A stretch of DNA of 40,395 nucleotides from Candidatus Hadarchaeota archaeon (GCA_964621445.1 CAZUNO010000001.1:1-40395), one strand, 5' to 3'; numbered from the stretch's first letter, positions 1 to 8,724 are shown. Program-made: numbers and translations. Notes: generated from the sequence alone by a model not told the origin.

Positions 1-42
1 GATGGGAGGGGGATTCCCCTCCATCTTTTTCTTTCTTTTTTT
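1..42 (+). terminator. Hairpin plus long pyrimidine/U-tract, intrinsic terminator-like, for a gene upstream of the window
   Basis: GATGGGAGGGG-GATT-CCCCTCCATC near-perfect inverted repeat immediately followed by TTTTTCTTTCTTTTTTT. Confidence 0.6.
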
Positions 43-72
43 ATCCCCGTTTAGGGACCAAAATCCCTATTA

Positions 73-1362
73 ATGATAGACGATAACAATTTGATGATGG
101 TCCACAAGCTACCTAGAATAATTGCATTGGTCACCGTTTGGGCCCTGTTTCTCATTTCTCCATTTGCCATAGCTGCGCAGAACCTTGATCCAAGAAGGGT
201 ATCCGTTCTTTATGTGGGTGACCCCTATCCAGGAGTAAGTCCTTATCAGGCATTTAGGGAGGACGCCTTCATAGCGGTTAGTCCCATTAGATGCTATCAC
301 CACGGTGGAGCTGCCACCGAGCTAGTCGATGTTCACAAGTATATGCGCATCTATATGCCACGTAACGAACAGGATTATCTAAAAAGATATGATGTCGTCC
401 TTCTAAGTGATGCATATCGCCGCGCATTCACGCTGAAACAGTTGAAATGGTTCCAAGATAGCGTGGTGGACGAGGGATTTGGGTTAGCTATGGTGGGTGG
501 ACTGGATAGCTTTGGAGCGTCTACCAGCAGACCTGCTGCTAGTTGGTCTGGTTCCAGGATAGAGGAAATTCTCCCGGTGGAGGTCCCGCCGCCAGCTTAC
601 CATCATAACTGGATAAGCCCCTATGTACGGCCAGGCGGGGCGGCCATAAACATAGAGAATTACGAAAATGAGTTCATTTCAAGTCTTCCCTTCGAAACAA
701 TGCCCATGTTCACCCGCGCGATCAACGGCCAAATCGTTCTTGAAAAGCCGGGGACGACCGTGATAGCTCGGTGGGTACTACCCGAGTTCAACAATCCTCC
801 CTGCTATTCCACCTGGAAGCCCGGTAATGGAAGGACCTTCGCCATGATGCATGATTGGAATGGAGGGGTTACGGAGGAATATACGAGGTGGGCTTTCTAC
901 GGAGACTTTGCAATCAATTTGATGCTCTACGTTGGCCAGAAGGACGTGCCCCAGGATTATACCATTGTGCACCAATACAGAGACAGCATCCACAGGATAA
1001 GGCTCAGTAAGAATACGGTACTGGCCATGATCGGATTCATCGAGAAGTTCGGTGGAAATCCAAAACGAGTCGACGAGGAGATGGACATTCTGGAATCAAT
1101 GGTGGCCAAGGCAGGTGATCATTATCTGAATCAGGATTTCAATACCGCGATTGCGGCGGCCGAATCTGCAAATGATAAGATGGAGGAAATACAGGAGCTG
1201 GCCATTAGGATAAAGAACGAAGCACTTCTGTGGGTATATATCGTTGAATGGCTCAGCGTCACCGGAGTAAGTCTCATATCTGGATTCATCGTATGGTCGC
1301 TGATGATCAGGAGGAAGCTATACAGGAGCGTAAGGGGAACTCGTCTTTCTCGTCTTGATTAG
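73..1362 (+). CDS. Exported, C-terminally membrane-anchored protein with a class I glutamine-amidotransferase-like (DUF1355-type) domain
   Basis: N-terminal hydrophobic signal (IIALVTVWALFLISPFAIAA); YDVVLLSDA and GFGLAMVGGLDSFG...IEEILPV motifs; helical linker; C-terminal hydrophobic segment followed by RRKLYR. Start may be a few codons downstream. Confidence 0.6.
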   Translation: MIDDNNLMMVHKLPRIIALVTVWALFLISPFAIAAQNLDPRRVSVLYVGDPYPGVSPYQAFREDAFIAVSPIRCYHHGGAATELVDVHKYMRIYMPRNEQDYLKRYDVVLLSDAYRRAFTLKQLKWFQDSVVDEGFGLAMVGGLDSFGASTSRPAASWSGSRIEEILPVEVPPPAYHHNWISPYVRPGGAAINIENYENEFISSLPFETMPMFTRAINGQIVLEKPGTTVIARWVLPEFNNPPCYSTWKPGNGRTFAMMHDWNGGVTEEYTRWAFYGDFAINLMLYVGQKDVPQDYTIVHQYRDSIHRIRLSKNTVLAMIGFIEKFGGNPKRVDEEMDILESMVAKAGDHYLNQDFNTAIAAAESANDKMEEIQELAIRIKNEALLWVYIVEWLSVTGVSLISGFIVWSLMIRRKLYRSVRGTRLSRLD

Positions 1363-1428
1363 ATCCTGTACGTAATGCAGGGCGCTGCCAAGAATATCCC
1401 ACAAGCAACCCCTCTCCAGCCAGTATAA

Positions 1429-1444
1429 TAATAGAACTCTATTA
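1429..1444. promoter_or_regulatory. Perfect 7-2-7 palindrome, candidate operator
   Basis: TAATAGA-AC-TCTATTA about 70 bp upstream of the TATA box of the wHTH-smc operon. Confidence 0.4.
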
Positions 1445-1509
1445 GATCAGTTGTTCGCTGAAATAGGGATTTTTAGGTATTGTGTTATTCTATGAAAGCA
1501 CTTTGGTGC

Positions 1510-1523
1510 AAAAAATTTATATT
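1510..1523 (+). promoter_or_regulatory. BRE/TATA promoter of the wHTH-smc-scpAB operon
   Basis: AAAAAA-TTTATATT about 55 bp upstream of ATG 1578. Confidence 0.55.
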
Positions 1524-1577
1524 TAAACAGTTGATTCCAAAAAACGCCCTGAGAAGATTCCCTAAGCAGGCGAGCCT

Positions 1578-2132
1578 ATGGTAACAACCCTGGAAGAGAA
1601 AGGGATATATGGACTCGTTGGTAGCCCCGAGAGACTGAGGATACTCGAAGAGCTAGAAACGGGACCAAAGGACCGGGGATACTTCATCGAGCTCCTTAAT
1701 CTTTGGCCACAGGCGGTCAAATACCATATTGACATACTTGTTAATGGTGGTTTGGTGGCTGAAAGATGGTCAAAGAAGGGCAGGAGGAAAAAGATCTACA
1801 CCCTCACCGAAAGAGGTGAGGATTCAATTACGAATATCGGTCCGGCCAAGAATTTCCCCAGCGATGATTGGGTTGAGGTTTTCATAGGACAGGAGGGCAA
1901 GCGGACTCTATCCTACATAGCTTCGATATCGGATGGAAAGTGGCACGATCTCGAGGAAGCAGCACAGGTCATCGGTGAAAGGAAGATAAGAATTCTTCGC
2001 AAGAATGGAATGCTGGAGGTAGATGGAAATGAAAGAAGGATTCGCACGGGGGATTTCAGCCTTACAATGAATTCGGACTGGGTGAGGGGCTTGACTGAGT
2101 CGGAAAACGGTGATTATCCTTGGTCCACATAG
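1578..2132 (+). CDS. ArsR-like winged helix-turn-helix protein with a probable second wHTH domain
   Basis: SPERLRILEELETGP...QAVKYHIDILVNGGLV...GRRKKIYTLTERG is an ArsR/PadR-like wHTH; C-terminal half (GKWHDLEEAAQVIG...LRKNGMLEV) looks like a second HTH; overlaps smc by 13 bp. Confidence 0.75.
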   Translation: MVTTLEEKGIYGLVGSPERLRILEELETGPKDRGYFIELLNLWPQAVKYHIDILVNGGLVAERWSKKGRRKKIYTLTERGEDSITNIGPAKNFPSDDWVEVFIGQEGKRTLSYIASISDGKWHDLEEAAQVIGERKIRILRKNGMLEVDGNERRIRTGDFSLTMNSDWVRGLTESENGDYPWST

Positions 2133-5100
2133 AGAAGATTTCGCTGAGAGGCTTCAAGTCGTTTGGAAATAAGAGGGTTGGGATCCCGATTTCCAAGGGC
2201 TTTACTGCCGTAGTGGGGCCAAATGGCTCCGGAAAGAGCAATGTAGTGGACGCCATATGTTTCGTTTTGGGGAGGATGTCCACAAAATCAATGCGGGCCG
2301 AAAGACTTACCGACCTTATTTGGGCAGGTAACGATAATTTCCCGGAGGGTTCCTATACCGAGGTCTCTCTACATCTGAATAACCCCGATCGGAAACTTCC
2401 TATAGACGAACCTAAAGTGGTGGTCTCGCGACGGGTTGATCGTTCTGGTCGAAGCGTCTACAGGGCCAACAAGAATCGGATGACCAGGAAGGAGATCGTA
2501 GATATCCTGGCAATGGCCGATATATTCCCGGATGGTTATAACATAGTCCTTCAGGGGGACATCACCAAGCTAGTAAAAATGACTCCCGTTGAGAGGAGGA
2601 TGCTAATAGACGAGTTGTCGGGTGTTGCGGAATACGATTCGAAAAGGGAAAAGGCCATGAAGGAGCTGTCAAAGGCCGAGGAGAACATCAGGGCAACAAA
2701 TTTGGTTATCGATGAGGTCCTTTCCCAGTTAAGACGTTTGGAGAGGGAGAGGGACGAGGCGGTTCGATACCAGGATCTTATAACCCAGATAAGGGAACTG
2801 AAATGGCAATACCAGCATAATCAACTCCGAAGATACAGGGAGAGGTACGACGCCATTCTGGAGAAGACCAAGAAGGGACAAGAGCGTATCGATGAAATCC
2901 AAAACCAGATAGATGATATTAACACAGAGATAAGGGAGAAAGAGGAGAAACAGGAGAAGCTAGAGCGGCTAATAGAGAAGAGGCAGGAATCCGATCAGGA
3001 GAAGATCGGTCAACAGATCGAAGAGGTTCGCGCTCAGATCGTTCGTGCCCAGGAAAATATGAAGAATACAAAGGAAAACCTGGACAAGCAAAGAACAAGA
3101 AAGGGTGAACTCGAATCGGAGATCGAGTCCGCGACGGAAAAGATTAGGGATAATCGAAACCGAGTAAAGAGTCTAGAGGCCCAGCGAGGGAAGGTACAGG
3201 AATCACTTGAGAATCTACGCTCAAAGAGAAAGTCGTTGGAGGAAAAAATTTCCGAGCGACAAGCCGAGACATCAAACCTAAGAAAGGAAGTACAGGAACT
3301 GGATGAAGTCCTAAAAACCAATCGCCAAAGAGAGAGAACTTCCAGGGAGGAAAGGTCAAAGGCCGAGATGAAGGTTCACCAAGCACGTGAAAGGGTTTCC
3401 CATCTCGAGGAGTCCATAGAGGAGCAATCAGAAAGGCTTGAGACTCTCCAAGCCAGGAGACGGGAACAACGAGGGAAAAAGTCCCTTCATGAAGATGGAG
3501 TAAATGAGCTGGCCTCGGAGATGGAGGAGCTCCGTGGTAGGATCGAGGAACATAAACGTGCACTTTCGGGGATAGATGGCGATTTGAAGATGAAATCAAA
3601 TCGCCTCACACGAATGAAAGCCTATTTGAAGGCGGCACAGGAGAGCGAAAACCCCAGAAAGAGAGCGATTTCAAACCTGATGGTCGAGAAGGAAAAGGGG
3701 AATGTGCAGGGACTGCTGGGCACCATATCCCAGATGACCGATGTGCCCGATGAGTACAGGTTGCCCATCTTTGCCGCATTGGATAATCGTTTGGAATACC
3801 TGGTGGTGGAGGATAGGGAATCAGCCCGGAAATGCATTGAATACCTGAAGGAGAATGAAATAGGCTGGGCCGATTTCATCCCCCTCGATGAAATCCAAGA
3901 TCGAGAAAAGAACGAACCGAATATTTCCGTTTCCGGCGAGGGAGTTATAGGGCCGGCCATGGACTTCGTGGAATTCAAGGGTGAAGTAGGAAAGGTTTTG
4001 CAATTTTTGTTGGGAAAAACGTACCTTACACGGAAAAGCCCATGGGAAATGGATACCAAGGATGTGGACCTGGTCTCCGTGGATGGCGAGGTACATGGCG
4101 AAATGGGGGTGATGAGTGGCGGATACCGACCATACAGTGGTCATTTCGATTCGATGTTGGACTTCAGCCATGAGGATCTTAAGCAACTTGAGGAGGAGGT
4201 AAGGTCCTTTGAATCGGAGAAAAACCGGGTCCAAACGGATCTCGAGGAACTAAATTCCGGTCTGGTAAGCTGTCGTGAGAGACATGCTGAGCACAAGTCG
4301 AAATTGGATTCCGTTCGCCGGGATATCGAGAATTTGGAGAGTGAGATCCAGGAGGTGGAGTCCAGAGTAGGGAATCTGCAGGAATCCAGAGAGAATGCGT
4401 TGGAAGATCTTAGCAGAGCCCAGAAGAAGACCAAGGAGGCTAAGAGCAAGGAGAAAGAGGCCTCGGATGCCTTACGGGAAACGGAAACCAGGAGAGACCG
4501 GCTGGTAAGGGAACTGGAAGACTCTGAGATGAATCGCCTGGACCAGGAGCTACGAAATGTAACCTCATCAATAAATCAAGAGATTGAGCGTGAATCGGAG
4601 CTTAATTCGGAGATAGTTTCCCTGAATAGGGAGACGGAGTACCTAGAGAATGGCCGGGGGAAGTACCGAAAGGATCTCCAGGAAATCGAGAAATCGGTTG
4701 AAGGGCTGGAGCTGGTATTAGACAAGATCAAAAAGGATATTCCAAAACTGGAAGAGGAATTAAGCCAGCTCAAGGAGTCCCAGGGGGAAATTAGGAATCA
4801 GGTCAAACAACTACGTAGCACCATCTTTTCCGAAAAAAGCGATCTTAGCGACCTGGTTCAGGAAAGGGATTCGCTATCGGAGGATAAGAATAGACTCACC
4901 GTAGAGGTCAATTCATCGGTCTATGAAAGAAGTCAGCTTGATGTGGACATCCACAAGCTTGAAAACGAAATGGAGATGATGGATTACGAATATGAGCCGG
5001 TGGAGATCGATGAGCTGGAGAAGATATCCAAGAAGATATCGGCCCTCGATGTGGAGAAATCAAAGCTTGAACCGGTTAATATGAGGGCTATAGAGAGCTA

Positions 5101-5719
5101 TGAAGAGACCGAGGTTAAGTTCAATGAATACAAGGAACGTAGGGACAAGGTGATGGAGGAGAGGGAGGCCATTCTCCATTTCATGGAGGAGATCGAAAGA
5201 AAGAAGAAACAGGTGTTCATGAACGCCTTCGAAAACATAGCTGCAAACTTCCAGACTATATTCGCCAAGCTGTCCCCGGGAGGGGAGGGCAAACTGGTAT
5301 TGGAGGATTATGACGATCCATTCTCCGGGGGTCTTGAGATAGAGGCAAAGCCGGCCGGTAAGGAGGTGAATGCCATCGATTCAATGTCAGGGGGAGAGAA
5401 GGCGTTGACTGCCATAGCCTTCATCTTCAGCATCCAGGCCTATAAGCCCTCGCCCTTCTACATTCTAGACGAGATCGATGCACATCTTGATGACGAGAAC
5501 GTGAAGAGAGTAGCTGAGCTAATCGCTGATACGGCAAGGGATTCCCAGTTCATAATCGTGACCTTGAGGGATTCCATGATGGCTCTAGCAGACGAACTGA
5601 TTGGAGTTTCCATGCAGGATAATGGAGTATCGAAGGTCGTGGGTGTCCGCATGGAGGCTGGAGAAATCGTCGAAGGGGCTACGGGGAACGAAGTGGAGGC
5701 TGGGGGCGCTGAGGTTTGA
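2120..5719 (+). CDS. smc: Chromosome partition protein Smc
   Basis: GFKSF, Walker A GPNGSGKSN, Q-loop LQGD, two long coiled coils around a hinge (GEVHGEMGVMSGG), signature MSGGEK, Walker B/D-loop FYILDEIDAHLD; TTG start after GGTGA. Confidence 0.97.
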   Translation: MVHIEKISLRGFKSFGNKRVGIPISKGFTAVVGPNGSGKSNVVDAICFVLGRMSTKSMRAERLTDLIWAGNDNFPEGSYTEVSLHLNNPDRKLPIDEPKVVVSRRVDRSGRSVYRANKNRMTRKEIVDILAMADIFPDGYNIVLQGDITKLVKMTPVERRMLIDELSGVAEYDSKREKAMKELSKAEENIRATNLVIDEVLSQLRRLERERDEAVRYQDLITQIRELKWQYQHNQLRRYRERYDAILEKTKKGQERIDEIQNQIDDINTEIREKEEKQEKLERLIEKRQESDQEKIGQQIEEVRAQIVRAQENMKNTKENLDKQRTRKGELESEIESATEKIRDNRNRVKSLEAQRGKVQESLENLRSKRKSLEEKISERQAETSNLRKEVQELDEVLKTNRQRERTSREERSKAEMKVHQARERVSHLEESIEEQSERLETLQARRREQRGKKSLHEDGVNELASEMEELRGRIEEHKRALSGIDGDLKMKSNRLTRMKAYLKAAQESENPRKRAISNLMVEKEKGNVQGLLGTISQMTDVPDEYRLPIFAALDNRLEYLVVEDRESARKCIEYLKENEIGWADFIPLDEIQDREKNEPNISVSGEGVIGPAMDFVEFKGEVGKVLQFLLGKTYLTRKSPWEMDTKDVDLVSVDGEVHGEMGVMSGGYRPYSGHFDSMLDFSHEDLKQLEEEVRSFESEKNRVQTDLEELNSGLVSCRERHAEHKSKLDSVRRDIENLESEIQEVESRVGNLQESRENALEDLSRAQKKTKEAKSKEKEASDALRETETRRDRLVRELEDSEMNRLDQELRNVTSSINQEIERESELNSEIVSLNRETEYLENGRGKYRKDLQEIEKSVEGLELVLDKIKKDIPKLEEELSQLKESQGEIRNQVKQLRSTIFSEKSDLSDLVQERDSLSEDKNRLTVEVNSSVYERSQLDVDIHKLENEMEMMDYEYEPVEIDELEKISKKISALDVEKSKLEPVNMRAIESYEETEVKFNEYKERRDKVMEEREAILHFMEEIERKKKQVFMNAFENIAANFQTIFAKLSPGGEGKLVLEDYDDPFSGGLEIEAKPAGKEVNAIDSMSGGEKALTAIAFIFSIQAYKPSPFYILDEIDAHLDDENVKRVAELIADTARDSQFIIVTLRDSMMALADELIGVSMQDNGVSKVVGVRMEAGEIVEGATGNEVEAGGAEV

Positions 5720-6408
5720 GTGCCAATCTTAAGTTCAAAGGCTTTGACCAGAACGAGGAAATAAAGCCTCTGGATCTTCTTCTCCACCTGGTCGTAGCCG
5801 GAAAGATGGATCCCTGGGACATAGATATCGTGGAGGTCACCGACAGATACATGGCAACCCTGGAGGAGTTCCGGTCCATGGATCTAAGACTTTCGGCCAG
5901 GACCATACTGGCAGGATCGGTACTGGTACGTTTGAAGTCCGAGGCCATATTGGAACCAGAGGAGGGGGAGATGGAGGACGAGACTGCCGAGGAGCTTAGA
6001 GAGAAGTACGATATAGATCCCCTCGTCCCCCCCATAAGAAGGATAAGCGCCCGGACCACGCTCCCCCAGCTATTCGAGGCACTGATGGATGCACTGGAGG
6101 AGGAACGATACAAGAACGAGATGATGATGGCCTCAATGGACGAGCCGGAGGAGACAACCATGTTCCTGGACGAGAACAGGATTGACGTTAGCGAGTCGGT
6201 GAGGAGGCTCCATCAGAAGATATTGATGATTGCCAGGGAGTTTGAGATGGTAACCTTCACCCAGGTGCTTCTAGGGAGGGAACCGATCGCGATTTGCAGG
6301 ACCTTCCTTTTCCTATTGTTTCTTGTCAGAGACGGGAAGATCCGGATATGGCAGGAGGATTTCTTCGGACAGATATTCGTCGAACCACTTCAACAAGAGG
6401 CGTCATGA
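5716..6408 (+). CDS. scpA: Kleisin, segregation and condensation protein A
   Basis: PLDLLLHLV...MDPWDIDI, LVRLKSE, C-terminal TFLFLLFL...WQEDFFGQI; TTGA overlap with smc stop. Confidence 0.93.
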   Translation: MSANLKFKGFDQNEEIKPLDLLLHLVVAGKMDPWDIDIVEVTDRYMATLEEFRSMDLRLSARTILAGSVLVRLKSEAILEPEEGEMEDETAEELREKYDIDPLVPPIRRISARTTLPQLFEALMDALEEERYKNEMMMASMDEPEETTMFLDENRIDVSESVRRLHQKILMIAREFEMVTFTQVLLGREPIAICRTFLFLLFLVRDGKIRIWQEDFFGQIFVEPLQQEAS

Positions 6409-6926
6409 TGGGTCTAGTTGAGGATAAATCCATAGTTGAGGCCTGTCTTTTTGCGGCAGGCAAACCGGTCAAGATAGATGAGCTATCAAGTCTGGTGGGC
6501 ACTCGATCGCTGGAATATGTGGAGAAGTTGGTGGAATATCTAAGTCGCGAATACGAGGAGAGGGATTCGGCCATTGAGGTGGTGAGAGTTCTCGATGATA
6601 GTTTTGCGATGCAGCTTAAGACCGATGTGTATAACAAGGTACAGGACTTCTCGCCCAGGAGCGAGTTATCATCGGCTATCCTCAGGACATTGGCACTGAT
6701 AGCCTATAAACAGCCGGTCAAGCAATCCGAGATAGCAAAGATTATTGGTACACAGAGCTATGACTACATCAGAAAACTCATTGACAGGAATTTCGTTACC
6801 TCAGAACCAAGTGGTAGGACCAAGATTCTTAGAACCACAAAAACTTTCGCAGAGTACTTTGGATTTGAAACGGATGAGCCAAAGGAAATCAAGGAAAGGA
6901 TGAAAAGCGTGATAACCGTGGAATAG
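6405..6926 (+). CDS. scpB: Segregation and condensation protein B
   Basis: IVEACLFAAGKPV, LRTLALIAYKQPV, TTKTFAEYFG; likely start ATG 6405/6408 overlapping the scpA stop, not the track's 6294. Confidence 0.93.
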   Translation: MMGLVEDKSIVEACLFAAGKPVKIDELSSLVGTRSLEYVEKLVEYLSREYEERDSAIEVVRVLDDSFAMQLKTDVYNKVQDFSPRSELSSAILRTLALIAYKQPVKQSEIAKIIGTQSYDYIRKLIDRNFVTSEPSGRTKILRTTKTFAEYFGFETDEPKEIKERMKSVITVE

Positions 6927-6927
6927 C

Positions 6928-7347
6928 TTAAATGGTAATCAATTCTGCCTGAATTACCGTTCCCGGGTCCTGGAGAATCCTAACGAAGCTCCGATCAAGG
7001 TCTCGAGCAGCCTTGTCGACGCCGATCAATACGGTCCTGGGACAGATGTAATCGCTCTTCCTAAATACCATATCCTCGGTATCTTCCAAAGAGAGGTCAG
7101 GGTGACCGAATCCAATTATTCTCTCCGACATTTCCCCCGCCTTGAGTACAAGGGCCATCCTTTTCCCATTTCTAATTTCTCTCTTCAGCCCCTGATCTAT
7201 ACCTTTACTGGCCCTGGAGCATGAAACCCCTATGATACAATCTCCTCCTCGGGTAATCTCTGGCTCCTTGGTTAATTCCAGGGTTGTTGCGTGGAAGGCG
7301 GTGATTAGGGGATGTCCTCTGGCGGTGAATTGGTCGGACGCCATCAT
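6928..7347 (-). CDS. DUF371 family archaeal protein
   Basis: ARGHPLITAFHATTLELTKE...GDCIIGV...DMVFRKSDYICPRT...DKAARDL pattern; start trimmed to ATG 7347/7344 to avoid overlapping pcm. Confidence 0.8.
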   Translation of the reverse strand: MMASDQFTARGHPLITAFHATTLELTKEPEITRGGDCIIGVSCSRASKGIDQGLKREIRNGKRMALVLKAGEMSERIIGFGHPDLSLEDTEDMVFRKSDYICPRTVLIGVDKAARDLDRSFVRILQDPGTVIQAELITI

Positions 7348-7378
7348 ATTTTTGAGAATGGAAGGTATATTTAACTCA

Positions 7379-8035
7379 ATGGCAGGGCCGGGATACGAGG
7401 AGAGCAGACGCAATCTAGTTGAGAGTTTAACTAGGTCGGGATACATCATTTCTGATGGGGTGAGGGAGGCTTTCCTAAATGTGCCAAGGGAATTGTTCGT
7501 CCCCGACCACCTAAGGGGGAAGGCTTATGTTGATTCGCCATTACCAATAGGGAGCGGGCAGACGATATCAGCCCCATCTATGATAGCGATAATGCTGGAG
7601 GAAATGGATCTGGCCCCGGGACAGAGGGTCCTCGAGATCGGAACTGGGTCAGGTTACAATGCCGCACTCCTGTATGAGATGGTTGAGTGCAAGATCTTTA
7701 CCATAGAGAGAATCCCGGAACTTGTGGAATTTGCCAAAAAAAATCTCAAGTCAGCTGGTTATGAAGTTAATATTGAAGTGGTCGTTGGTGACGGTACCCA
7801 GGGTCATCCCCGGGCCGGACCTTATGACAGAATCGTGGTAACCGCCGGAGCACCTAAAATCCCAAAGCCCCTTGGAGAGCAACTCAAGGAGGGGGGAATG
7901 ATTGGAATTCCCGTTGGGGGTAATCGATCATTTCAGGAATTCATTACCGCAACCAAGGAAGAAGACGGCGAATTGAAGAGAACCTCCCACGGGGGATGCG
8001 CTTTTGTACCCCTTATCGGGGAGGAGGGCTGGTAG
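7379..8035 (+). CDS. pcm: Protein-L-isoaspartate O-methyltransferase
   Basis: VPRELFVP, AYVDSPLPIGSGQTISAP, VLEIGTGSGYNAA, PYDRIVVTAG, FVPLIG. Confidence 0.95.
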   Translation: MAGPGYEESRRNLVESLTRSGYIISDGVREAFLNVPRELFVPDHLRGKAYVDSPLPIGSGQTISAPSMIAIMLEEMDLAPGQRVLEIGTGSGYNAALLYEMVECKIFTIERIPELVEFAKKNLKSAGYEVNIEVVVGDGTQGHPRAGPYDRIVVTAGAPKIPKPLGEQLKEGGMIGIPVGGNRSFQEFITATKEEDGELKRTSHGGCAFVPLIGEEGW

Positions 8036-8041
8036 ATTAGA

Positions 8042-8317
8042 ATGGATTACGTAATTCTCTGGCCTGCATTCATTGACTCAAGGAGGTCAAGAAGCGAGGG
8101 TCGAAAGTTGCCTCGAAGGTTTTGTGTGAAGTCTCCCGAGATAGGTGAGATTATGGATGCAGCAAAAAGGCTAAATCTCAGTCCCAAAGTGGAGAAGAAG
8201 GCTTACCCGAGAAGATGGAATTCCGAGAAGGAAGCGATCATGCTGCAAAAAAAGATCTCCCGGGTAGAGGCAATGAAAAAGATCGCCAAGGAGATAAGGA
8301 GCAAGCGTTCGGAGTAA
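8042..8317 (+). CDS. srp19: Signal recognition particle 19 kDa protein
   Basis: ILWPAFIDSRRSRSEGRKLP and KAYPRRW motifs; srp19-gar1-tfb synteny. Confidence 0.92.
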   Translation: MDYVILWPAFIDSRRSRSEGRKLPRRFCVKSPEIGEIMDAAKRLNLSPKVEKKAYPRRWNSEKEAIMLQKKISRVEAMKKIAKEIRSKRSE

Positions 8318-8356
8318 CCGGATTGGAGTTTGGCCGAGCTTAATTTTTCCATAAGC

Positions 8357-8364
8357 TATTTATG
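8357..8364 (+). promoter_or_regulatory. TATA-like box for gar1-tfb
   Basis: TATTTATG preceded by ATAAGC in the srp19-gar1 gap. Confidence 0.4.
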
Positions 8365-8460
8365 TCCTAAAATGACAAGATAACCAATCGGGGAATAGGG
8401 ACCAGAGAGGTAGAGTGCCAGTTCTCGTGTTTCCTTTCTCTGCACCGAGAAGGTGCTGAA

Positions 8461-8724
8461 ATGAGAACTCTTGGCAGGCTGATAGGAGAGAGCAGGTCCG
8501 GTAACTTGATTATCAAGGCTGAATTCCTTCCGTCCCTATCTTCAGTTGTAGTAGATAAGGACCTGAATAAGCTGGGCAAGGTGGAAGAGGTTTTTGGCCC
8601 GGTAGACGGTCCCTATGTATCTTTGGAGAGAAGCGGAGGGTTATCAACCCGCCCCGGGAGTGAATGCTACGTTCTTACCCAAGAGGATCGAAGGATGGGA
8701 AAATGGAGAAGGTCGACGACCTAG
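8461..8724 (+). CDS. gar1: H/ACA RNP subunit Gar1/Naf1
   Basis: MRTLG...SGNLIIK...[24 protein letters not shown]; directly upstream of tfb as in many archaea. Confidence 0.88.
   Translation: MRTLGRLIGESRSGNLIIKAEFLPSLSSVVVDKDLNKLGKVEEVFGPVDGPYVSLERSGGLSTRPGSECYVLTQEDRRMGKWRRSTT

Noticed and set aside
2700-5200. Apparent sequence periodicity in smc and fwdC
   Set aside because: Explained by coiled-coil heptads and GXGXG beta-helix repeats, not DNA repeats
6294-6404. Extended N termini in the ORF track (scpB 6294, pcm 7232, DUF371 7449, hycI-like 16427, fwdD 24724, pheA 37427)
   Set aside because: They overlap neighbouring genes and precede the recognisable family starts
2120-6926. Wadjet/MksBEFG anti-plasmid system
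   Set aside because: Canonical hinge-containing Smc with ScpA/ScpB, no JetD/Toprim nuclease, housekeeping neighbourhood
8371-8460. C/D-box or H/ACA guide RNA upstream of gar1
   Set aside because: ATGACAA is a poor C box, no clear internal D'/C' boxes, and no ACA after the hairpin; kept only as a structured leader
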